A stretch of DNA of 64,000 nt from Nitrospirota bacterium (lineage in GTDB: Bacteria > Nitrospirota > Thermodesulfovibrionia > Thermodesulfovibrionales > JdFR-86): assembly GCA_963721805.1 (NCBI GenBank), contig CAVRJY010000006.1, positions 1 through 64,000 of the forward strand, written 5' to 3'. This document shows positions 40,308 to 49,400 of the stretch, in pieces. Each line of letters starts with the position of its first letter. Position 1 is the first letter of the stretch. Under the pieces are notes generated by a model. The model was not told the origin of the DNA and did no database searches. It saw only the letters and a list, made by a program, of their open reading frames with translations. Made by a program: the position numbers and the translations under genes.

Positions 40308-42194
40308 CTAGTTCCCGAGCCCAAGCGTCATGAGCCGCTCCATCGAACGCGCGAACGCGGCCGGGTCCTCCGGCCTCTGGCCGGCCAGAACCAGCGCCTG
40401 ATCGTAAAGCAGCACCGCATACTCCGCAAGCACCGGGCTTGCGGGCTCTGCCTCGAACTTCGCGAGCATGGCGGCCACGAGCGGGTGGTCGGGGTTAAGC
40501 TCAAGTATCTTTTTATGCGATGGCACGCTCTGGCCCATCATCTTAAGCAGGTGCTCGGTCTGCGCATCCAGCGCGCCCTCGTCCGCAACCAGGCAGGCAG
40601 CGGAGTCCTTGAGCCTGCCGGAGGGCCGCACCTCCTTGACCTTGTCCTTGAGCGCCTCGGCCAGAAGCCCGAACAGGCCGCCGTAGCGCTTTTTGGCCTC
40701 GTCCTTTTTAGCCCGCTGCTCGGCTTCGCCTCCTACCTCGCCCTTGGTCACGGAGCGGAGCTTCTTGCCCTTGTACTCCCCCAGGCCGCCGAAGATGAAG
40801 TCATCGACCTCGTCGTACATAAACAGGACCTCGCGCCCCTGCCCCACGAGCGATTCGATATAGGGGCTCCTAAGCGCCTCGGCGCGCGTCGGCACGTTGA
40901 TGTAATAGATCTCGTCCTGCCCCTCAGGCATGCGGCTGATGTAATCGTCAAGCGTTACCGGTTTCTCATTTGCCGTGGACTCAAAAAGCATGAGTGCGGC
41001 CACGGCCTCGCGCCGCTCGAAGTCATAGTGGACGCCCTCCTTGAGCACGCGTCCCAGCTCCTTGAAGAACCCTGCGTACTTCTCGGGCTCGTTCAGCTTC
41101 AGCTCAACAAGCGAGTCGAGCACGCGCTTGGTCAGGTTCTTTTTGATCAGCTCCGCCTGCCGGTTTTTCTGCAGCATCTCGCGCGATACGTTAAGCGGCA
41201 GGTCCGAGGAGTCCACCACGCCCCGGATGAATCTCAGGTATGGCGGCAGGAGGTCCTCGCAGTGGTCGAGGATCTTTACGCGCCGCACATATAGCGTCGG
41301 GCCGGTCTTGAAGTCCTTATAGAATATGTCCATGGGCGCGACCGAGGGCAGGAAAAGCAGGGCCGAGAACTCGGTCGTACCCTCCGAATGGAAGTGGATG
41401 ACCTTGACCGGGTCCTTGAAGTCATGCGAGATATGGCGGTAGAAGTTCGTGTACTCCTCGTCCTTTATATCTGACTTGCGCCTCATCCAGAGGGCCTTCA
41501 TCGAGTTCAGGGTCTCATCCTCGGTCGAAGTGACCTTCTTGCCGTCCTCGTCACGCTCGCGGGTGACGGCCATCACGACAGGGTGCTCGATGAAGTCCGA
41601 GTACCCGCGCACGATCTCGCGTATGCGCCACTCGTCCAGGTACTCGCGGCAGTCGTCCTTCAGGTGCAGGATCACGTCCGTTCCCCTGCCGGGCTTCGCG
41701 ATATCATCGACCGTATATGAGCCGTCAGCCGTGGATTCCCAGATCACGCCAGTGGCGCCCCCAGCCGCGCGCGTTATGACCGTCACCTTGTCTGCCACCA
41801 TGAAGGCTGAATAAAAACCTACTCCGAACTGGCCGATGAGTTCCGGCGTGTCCTCGGCCTTCCGGTTTTTGAGCGCGGAGATGAACTCCTTGGTGCCGGA
41901 ATGGGCTATCGTGCCGAGGTTCGCGATAGCGGTATCGCGGTCCATCCCGATGCCGTTGTCCGAGATCAGCAGCGTACCCGCGTCCTTGCTGGGCGTGATC
42001 CGTATGGACGGCTCCTGGGCCCCCTCCGCAACGTCCGGGTCCGTAAGGGCCATGTACCGGGCGCGGTCTATAGCGTCGGAGGCGTTTGAGATCAGCTCGC
42101 GCAGGAAGATCTCCTTGTGCGAATACAGCGAGTGGATCATGAGACCCAACAGCTCCGTGACTTCCGTCTTGAACTCTACCCTTTGAAGGCCCAT
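40308..42194 (-). CDS. htpG: Chaperone HtpG (Hsp90)
   Basis: SLYSHKEIFLRELISNASDA, IGQFGVGFYS, DLPLNVSRE, LELNPDHP. Confidence 0.97.
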   Translation of the reverse strand: MGLQRVEFKTEVTELLGLMIHSLYSHKEIFLRELISNASDAIDRARYMALTDPDVAEGAQEPSIRITPSKDAGTLLISDNGIGMDRDTAIANLGTIAHSGTKEFISALKNRKAEDTPELIGQFGVGFYSAFMVADKVTVITRAAGGATGVIWESTADGSYTVDDIAKPGRGTDVILHLKDDCREYLDEWRIREIVRGYSDFIEHPVVMAVTRERDEDGKKVTSTEDETLNSMKALWMRRKSDIKDEEYTNFYRHISHDFKDPVKVIHFHSEGTTEFSALLFLPSVAPMDIFYKDFKTGPTLYVRRVKILDHCEDLLPPYLRFIRGVVDSSDLPLNVSREMLQKNRQAELIKKNLTKRVLDSLVELKLNEPEKYAGFFKELGRVLKEGVHYDFERREAVAALMLFESTANEKPVTLDDYISRMPEGQDEIYYINVPTRAEALRSPYIESLVGQGREVLFMYDEVDDFIFGGLGEYKGKKLRSVTKGEVGGEAEQRAKKDEAKKRYGGLFGLLAEALKDKVKEVRPSGRLKDSAACLVADEGALDAQTEHLLKMMGQSVPSHKKILELNPDHPLVAAMLAKFEAEPASPVLAEYAVLLYDQALVLAGQRPEDPAAFARSMERLMTLGLGN

Positions 42195-42348
42195 ATCCTC
42201 TATCACCTCATTTTCAATTGGTTGGCAGTGCAAGGCACCGAATATTTTATAGCCTCAGGCCGCCGCAAGGCAACAGGCGACGGGGCCCTTACATTATAGA
42301 TTGACAGAAACGGGGCGTGTGATAGAATTTGTTTTAGAGGTGTCATCC

Positions 42349-42933
42349 ATGCACAGTGAATTAAGGCTGCCAGCGTTATTGCTTTGCTGCGTTACGATTA
42401 TTTGCGTGTTGTCATTTGATGAGTTCGCCTATTCGGACCAGCATTACAAGCGCACTACGTCCAACTATGACATCCCGAATGTCACTCTTTTCACGCAGGA
42501 CGGCGCAAAGGTGAACCTTAAGAGTTACCTCACGTCCGAGAAGCCCGTGATGGTGGACTTCGTATTCACGACCTGCACGACGATCTGCCCGGTGCTCTCG
42601 GCCTGTTTTTCGAACATCCAGCGAAGGCTCGGCACCGAGGGCTCCAATCTCCACCTGGTATCTATCTCGATAGACCCGGACAACGACACGCCAAAGAAGA
42701 TGAAGGAGTACCTCAAGCGCTATGACGTCAAGCCGGGCTGGGATTTCCTGACCGGATCGAAAAACGATATAAGGAAGATCACGACCGCTTTCAACGCGAT
42801 AGTCGACGACAAGATGTCGCACCTGTCCATTATCTTTCTGTGGTCGCCCGCCGAACGCAAATGGGTGAGACTAGACGGCATGATAAGCACCTCTGAGCTC
42901 GTGGACGAGTACCACAGGGCGCTGAAGAATTGA
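42349..42933 (+). CDS. SCO1/SenC-family copper chaperone
   Basis: FTTCTTICP (CxxxC), SISIDPDNDTP, distal His (MSH); TTGACA/TG-TAGAAT promoter and SD GAGGTG. Confidence 0.9.
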   Translation: MHSELRLPALLLCCVTIICVLSFDEFAYSDQHYKRTTSNYDIPNVTLFTQDGAKVNLKSYLTSEKPVMVDFVFTTCTTICPVLSACFSNIQRRLGTEGSNLHLVSISIDPDNDTPKKMKEYLKRYDVKPGWDFLTGSKNDIRKITTAFNAIVDDKMSHLSIIFLWSPAERKWVRLDGMISTSELVDEYHRALKN

Positions 42934-42935
42934 GG

Positions 42936-44735
42936 ATGAACGGTAAAGCTCGTCTGCCGGGTCTCGCAGCCCTATTGTCCGTGTCTCTATTGTTGGGCTT
43001 GTCAGTTGCATCCATGGCCGCCGAGGCCGTGCCTGTGAAAGCCTCCGAGGCGCAACAGCGGCTCGGCGAGGCAATGTACCGAGACGGCATCCTACCCTCG
43101 GGCGAGCCGATGAAGGCAGTAGTGCGCGGGGATGTCTTGGTCGACGGCACGATGTTCACCTGCTCAAGCTGCCACCTGCGCAGTGGCCTCGGATCGTTCG
43201 AGGGGCAGGTGCTCACGCCAGCCACGAATGGCAGGAACCTTTACGCACCGCTAAAATCCTACTACAAGGGCGTAGAGGTCGAATACTCTCCGGTTCCGCA
43301 ACGCCCGGCATACATCGACGCGACCCTGGCCGTCGCGATCAGCTCAGGCGTCGATCCCACAGGCCGCGTCTTCAACGAGATCATGCCGCGTTATGTATTA
43401 AAAGACAAGGACATGGCCCTGCTCATCGCATACCTAAAGACGCTCTCCAACGAGGTATCCCCCGGGGTCTCTGACAACGAGATCAGCTTCGCAACAGTGA
43501 TCTCAGACGGCGTCCCGGCCGAGGACCGCGACGCGATGGTTGGCCCGCTCGAGGATTACGTGAGAAACAAAAACGCGCAGGCCGCCTATATGAATTCCCC
43601 TGCCGGGCGCGAGTCGAAGGCCATGGCCAGGGGCATGCTCGGCTTATCAATGGAGAGCGCTAACAGGCGAATTCGGTTGAGTGTGTGGGTGCTGCACGGG
43701 CCGCCCGATACCTGGCGCGCACAGCTAGAGGAATATAACCGCACCGCGCCTGCGTTCGCGCTCATCGGGGGCATGGTGAAAGGCCCGTGGCGGCCGGTGC
43801 ATGAGTTCTGCGAATTACACCATATCCCCTGCCTGTTCCCGATAACCGAGTTTCCCGTTATCTCCGATACCGACTGGTATACGCTGTATCTGTCGAAGGG
43901 ATATTTTCAGGAGGGCGAAGCCGCCGCAAAATACATAACCGGCCTGCCCGTATATTCCTCGGATGCCAGCAAGGTCGTGCAGGTCGTACGCGACTCGCCC
44001 GAAGGCATGGCGCTTGCGGACGGGTTTCAACGCACGCTGGCCGCGCGCGGGGGCAGGCCTCCTGAAACGGTCGTCTTGAAGCCCGGCGACAAGTTGACCA
44101 ACAGGGCGCTGATCTCAGCGCTTCACGGCGGCAAGGCTGACTTTGCGGCCATTTGGGTTGGGCCGGAGGATCTGCCCGAGATCTCGGGCTGGGCCGAGAG
44201 CCCCGAACGTCCGGACATCGTCATGCTCTCGGCGGTGTACCTTGGCGATGCGCTTCGGGGCCTGAGCGAAAAGGCCCGCGGCTATACATATTTCACATAT
44301 CCGTACAGGCTTCCGGACACAGTGGATGAAAGCTCCGCGCGGCCAAGCGAGAGGAGCCAGGATTTCAATTACCTTACCTACCCGTACGGAGTTTCGTACG
44401 GAGAGAAGAAATACCAGCAGGCCGTTGCCCTGCTGGTTGCGAAAGACGCGAACAGGGATACTGGGAGCCTGCTCAGCGAGCGTTACAGGATCCTGGGCTC
44501 GACATACGCGGTCATCCAGATGCTGACGCAGGTAATGATGGACATGCGCGGCAACTATTACCGCGACTACTTCCTTGACGTTACCGGCATGGGCAAGGAC
44601 AAGGCGCTCCCGTTATACGAGAGGCTGAGCTTCGGCCCCGGACAGCGTTATGCTTCGAAGGGCTGCTATATCGTGCGGCTTACGGGCGGGCAGCAGCCCT
44701 CGCTGACCAAGATGAGCGGGTGGATCGTGCATTGA
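42936..44735 (+). CDS. Monoheme cytochrome c fused to a type-I periplasmic-binding-like domain
   Basis: Signal peptide; CSSCH; MPRY candidate axial Met; C-terminal ABC-binding-like region (FCELHHIPCLFP, LSFGPGQRYASKG). Confidence 0.75.
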   Translation: MNGKARLPGLAALLSVSLLLGLSVASMAAEAVPVKASEAQQRLGEAMYRDGILPSGEPMKAVVRGDVLVDGTMFTCSSCHLRSGLGSFEGQVLTPATNGRNLYAPLKSYYKGVEVEYSPVPQRPAYIDATLAVAISSGVDPTGRVFNEIMPRYVLKDKDMALLIAYLKTLSNEVSPGVSDNEISFATVISDGVPAEDRDAMVGPLEDYVRNKNAQAAYMNSPAGRESKAMARGMLGLSMESANRRIRLSVWVLHGPPDTWRAQLEEYNRTAPAFALIGGMVKGPWRPVHEFCELHHIPCLFPITEFPVISDTDWYTLYLSKGYFQEGEAAAKYITGLPVYSSDASKVVQVVRDSPEGMALADGFQRTLAARGGRPPETVVLKPGDKLTNRALISALHGGKADFAAIWVGPEDLPEISGWAESPERPDIVMLSAVYLGDALRGLSEKARGYTYFTYPYRLPDTVDESSARPSERSQDFNYLTYPYGVSYGEKKYQQAVALLVAKDANRDTGSLLSERYRILGSTYAVIQMLTQVMMDMRGNYYRDYFLDVTGMGKDKALPLYERLSFGPGQRYASKGCYIVRLTGGQQPSLTKMSGWIVH

Positions 44736-44841
44736 GCCGCATTAATTGACAACGGCCGTGCTCTGTGAGATTCTTTGACATGGCAATAATGACAAGAGAC
44801 CGCATGGATTTTAATTATATTTATCTGATAGATCCAATAAT

Positions 44842-46164
44842 ATGAAGCTCACGATGCTGGTCATTGAAGACAACCTGCTTATCAGCCGGTCGTATGTCGA
44901 CTATTTCAGCGATAACGGTTTTCAGGTCGTTATAGCCGGCACTCTGGCCGAGGCGGGCAGGCTGATCCAGACGTGCAGGTATGACGCTGTGCTGCTCGAC
45001 GTATTCCTGCCGGACGGAAACGGGGTCGACTTCATACCCGAACTCAGGGCGGCCTGCCCGAGCACCGCGATAGTGATGATCACCGGCATGGGCGATATAC
45101 AGCTGGCGGTGGAGGCGATGTCACGCGGGGCCGATAACTTCCTGACCAAACCGCTGGACCTGGGCGTCCTGCACATGTTCCTTAACAAACAGATCGAAGC
45201 CGAGCAGATCAGGAGGCGCGAGAGGGCCCGCAGACTGACACCCGGCAAGGACAGCTGCATAATGAACTGCCGCTCCTCGGCCATGGCATCATGTGCGAAT
45301 GACGCCGTGCTGGCCGCGCGGCACGATTCGCCGGTTCTCATAATGGGCGAGACCGGCACGGGCAAGAGCATACTGGCACGCTGGCTGCACGATAACAGCC
45401 CGAGGGCGAGCGGCCCATTCGTTTCGGTCAATTGCTCTTCGCTCAAGGGCGAGATACTCGGCAGCGAGCTGTTCGGCCATGCGCGCGGGGCGTTTACGGG
45501 CGCTATCAAAGACCGCGAGGGGCTCGTCGAATTCGCGGATTGCGGCACGCTGTTTCTGGACGAGATCGGTGACATGTCCCTTGCGGTTCAGGCCGAGCTC
45601 CTCAATGTGATAGAGCAAAAGGCATTCAGGCGCGTCGGAGAGAGCAGGACCAGGACTAGCGATTTCCGCCTCATATCGGCCACTAACCGTGACATCTTCG
45701 AAGACATAAGGGCTGCCCGCTTCAGACAGGACCTGTATTACAGGATAAGCACGCTTACGATCACCATGCCGCCCCTGAGGGAACGCATAGAGGACCTGCC
45801 GCTGATCATCAGCGAGATATCGGCCGAACTAGGCCTGCCGCAGCAGGCGATATCACCCGGCGCGCTCACGATTTTTCAGAGATATGCGTGGCCGGGCAAT
45901 ATACGGGAACTCAGAAATATTATGGAACGCGCCGCAATGTTCAAGCGCATAGACGTGTCCGCCGAATTAGTCAGGCTGCAAAATCCATCCGCAAATAATG
46001 AGACCGCGAATTCCAATAAGCCCGCCAAACCAGTTGCGCTGTCAAGACAGACCTTAATCGCGGCCCTGAAAAACAATGGCGGAAACCGAGAGGCAACCGC
46101 TTCATCCCTCGGTATCTCCAGGACTACGCTTTACAGAAGAATGAAATCACTCGGCTTGGTCTGA
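44842..46164 (+). CDS. NtrC-family sigma54 response regulator
   Basis: REC (LLDVFLPD), GETGTGKS, GAFTGA, WPGNIREL, Fis HTH. Confidence 0.95.
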   Translation: MKLTMLVIEDNLLISRSYVDYFSDNGFQVVIAGTLAEAGRLIQTCRYDAVLLDVFLPDGNGVDFIPELRAACPSTAIVMITGMGDIQLAVEAMSRGADNFLTKPLDLGVLHMFLNKQIEAEQIRRRERARRLTPGKDSCIMNCRSSAMASCANDAVLAARHDSPVLIMGETGTGKSILARWLHDNSPRASGPFVSVNCSSLKGEILGSELFGHARGAFTGAIKDREGLVEFADCGTLFLDEIGDMSLAVQAELLNVIEQKAFRRVGESRTRTSDFRLISATNRDIFEDIRAARFRQDLYYRISTLTITMPPLRERIEDLPLIISEISAELGLPQQAISPGALTIFQRYAWPGNIRELRNIMERAAMFKRIDVSAELVRLQNPSANNETANSNKPAKPVALSRQTLIAALKNNGGNREATASSLGISRTTLYRRMKSLGLV

Positions 46165-46193
46165 TTTTTTATTATCCTGTTCTTATCATATCT

Positions 46194-46320
46194 TGTTTCA
46201 ATGCAACGTTTCACTGAAACATCATGTGAAACAAATCAACATTTTTGCATGTATTCATAGTAGAGATCTTATTGAATATTAATGATTGCAGTATTGTTCA
46301 ACATTGGCATGCTAACTGCT
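46194..46320 (+). promoter_or_regulatory. sigma54 promoter with enhancer sites for the multicopper oxidase operon
   Basis: TGGCAT-GCTAA-CTGCT at 46305-46320; GTTTCA/TGAAAC inverted motifs 46194-46233; IHF-like AATCAAcattTTT. Confidence 0.7.
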
Positions 46321-46459
46321 ATGTGCCTTTCAAAGTAGCTCCGGCACAGCGTTTCAGGTCTTTGTTAAGTTTATTTATTTTATGATCCGGGTCATGACAA
46401 CACGGACAAACCGTGATACGATCTGTTTTATGAAGCACCAATTTAAAAGGGGGTAACTC

Positions 46460-49400
46460 ATGAGACAAGCAGTATTCTTGGTGAGGGTGTTAATGATTCT
46501 AAGCGCCTTCTTCGCAATGGCGGCCGGCAACGTATTCGCCGGCCCGTCAGCAACAGACCCTGTCTATAACTGTGAAGGCAGGCGTTGTACTACAAACGAG
46601 ATGAGAGAGGCTGCGGCGGCCAGCTCGGCCGACTGGCGCAACCAAATTCTCCAAAGCAGGCAGGGGACACTTGCACCGTTGCCATCCAGAAGCTCATCCT
46701 TTGGCGGACCGGCGCATGCCCCCGCTGTCTCGACGCCGGGATTCCCGATAACGGTGGCCCCGGGCGACCTTTATTTCGGGATATATTCGAACTACGCGCT
46801 GAGCCCGCTGCCCAGAGGGCCGGTAGGCGTGATAACAATTAATAACGGCGGCTTTGCCTATAACTCCCCATCGGTTTACATCTTAGACTTTTACGGGGCT
46901 GGCACAGGTGCCTCGGCCGGAGCGGTGACGCTCGACCCGCTGACAGGATCCATAATGAACATCGCCGTCGCCTCTGGCGGCAGCGGCTATGTTGCCCCGG
47001 TGGTCATCATTAATGACACTACCGGCGGCGGCGCAGTCGCGACGGCTACAGTCACGCCTGACCCCGGCACTGGCATCAGGAAGTTCGTCGACGACCTGCC
47101 GGGCATATGCGATGTCACCGGACTGAGCAATACGCTCGGAGCGTGCATGCCGCTGGCCAAGGCTGACACGGCGACATTCCCCGGAAGCGATTACTATCAG
47201 ATAGGGATAAACAATTTCTCGACGAAGATGCACACTGACCTCCCGCCCACCCTGCTTCGCGGCTATACGGACCTCAGCCCGCTGGCCGACGGCCTGACGC
47301 ACTACCTTGGCCCTATAATCCTCGCCCAGCGCGACAGGCCTGTTAGGGTGAGGGTCACCAACAACCTTCCTCTCAGCACAGATCCCGCAGGGCAGCAGTT
47401 CATCCCGGTGGATACAACATATATGGGTGCGGGCCTGGACCCCAGCGGGCTGCCCTATTCCCAAAACCGTGCGGTCGTCCATCTGCACGGCGGCGCCACA
47501 CCGTGGATAAGCGACGGCACGCCCCACCAGTGGATAACCCCCGCTGGGGATCCTGCGAATACGAAAAAAGGCATCAGCTTCAGGAACGTCCCGGACATGA
47601 TAACCAACAGCACGGTATTCCCTGTGCCCCCGGCCGAGGACGACGGTATCGCTACCAACTATTATACCAACCAGCAGAGCGGCAGGCTGATGTTCTACCA
47701 CGAACACGCCTATGGCATCACGAGGCAGGGCGTTTACTCCGGTTTGGCCGCGCCTTATCTGCTCGTGGACCCGGCGCAGGAGGCGTTGCTTTATAACGCG
47801 ACCGTGCCCGGCACCATCCTTGCAAACAGCACTGGAGCTATCGATCTTTCGATCTCGGACGTCCAGCATGTCATTCCGCTGGTAATCCAGGACAAGACCT
47901 TCGTGGACGCGCAGACTATTGCCATGCAGGACCCGACATGGCAGTGGGGCTCCCAGATCGGCAATGCCGTCACCGGAGACCTATGGTTCCCGCACGTCTA
48001 TATGACGAACCAGTGGCCCGACAACCCGGACCTCTCCGGCACCAACGCTATGGGAAGGTGGGACTACGGGCCGTGGTTCTGGCCTCCGCAGGACCCGAGC
48101 ACGTTCGTGGCCGGCGGACAGCCTTATGCGTGTACGGCGTCAGGCACGGTGCCGATCGCAACGACCTGTCCCGGAACGCCTAACGCCTCCGGCGTGCCTG
48201 AGGCGTTCGTGGATACGCCTGTCTTAAACGGCGCTGCCTATCCTGTCCTGCACGTAGCGCCCGAGGCATACAGGTTCCAGATACTCGCAGCCGGCAACGA
48301 CCGCATGTGGAACCTTCAGCTCTACCAGGCATACGACCCCATCACAAATACGGTCGGCGCGGGCACCGAGGTCAAGATGGTCCCTGCAGTCCCCGGCAAC
48401 TGGCCGGTTGGCTGGCCGACGCCTGACGGAAGAGACGGCGGGTTCCCTGATCCGACCACAATGGGCCCGAATTTCATACAGATAGGCATGGAAGGCGGCC
48501 TGCTGCCCGCGCCGTATGTCGTGCCGAACAGGCCGGTAGGTTATGACTATAACCGCAGGAGCATCACCGTCCTGAACGTCCTGGAAAAGGCCCTGTGGCT
48601 TGGCCCGGCAGAGCGCGCGGACGTGATAGTCGACTTCACAGCATATGCGGGCAAGACACTCATCGTCTATAACGATGCCCCGGCCCCTGTCCCTGCGTTT
48701 GACTCACGCAACGACTACTACACCGGCGACAAGGACCAGACCTCGACAGGCGGCGCACCCGCTACCGTTGCCGGATATGGCCCGAACACAAGGACTGTCA
48801 TGCAGATAGTGGTCGACAAGCCCGCAACAGGCGCCCCGGCCTTTAACCTCGCGACCCTGCAGTCGCAGATGCTGAGCATCTTCAACGCGACTCAGGACCC
48901 GGTTATAGCCCCCGAGACCGCTTACGGCGGCGCTTCAGATACGTATTCGCATATACAGGACACATCTCTCACCTTCACGCCGATGGGCATGGCCAACGCG
49001 GTTACGTACGGCATGAAGTCCAAGGCCATTCAGGAGCTCTTCACGCTGGACTACGGGCGCATGAACGCGACTATGGGCTCCGAGATCCCGTCGACGAACT
49101 TCCTGAACCAGACGACGATCCCGCTGGGGTACGTCGATCCGCCGACCGAGTATTTCCAGAACGGCGAGACGCAGATCTGGAAGATCACGCATAACGGCGT
49201 CGACACGCACGCCATTCACTTCCACCTCTTCACTGTGCAGCTCCTGAACCGCGTCGGCTGGGACGGGCAGATCAAGCCGCCGGCCCCCTTCGAGATGGGC
49301 TGGAAAGACACGGTCCTCATGAACCCGCTGGAGGACGCGATAGTAGCGATGAAGGCGGTCCAGCCTACCCTCCCATGGCCGCTCGAGGACAGCGTCAGGC

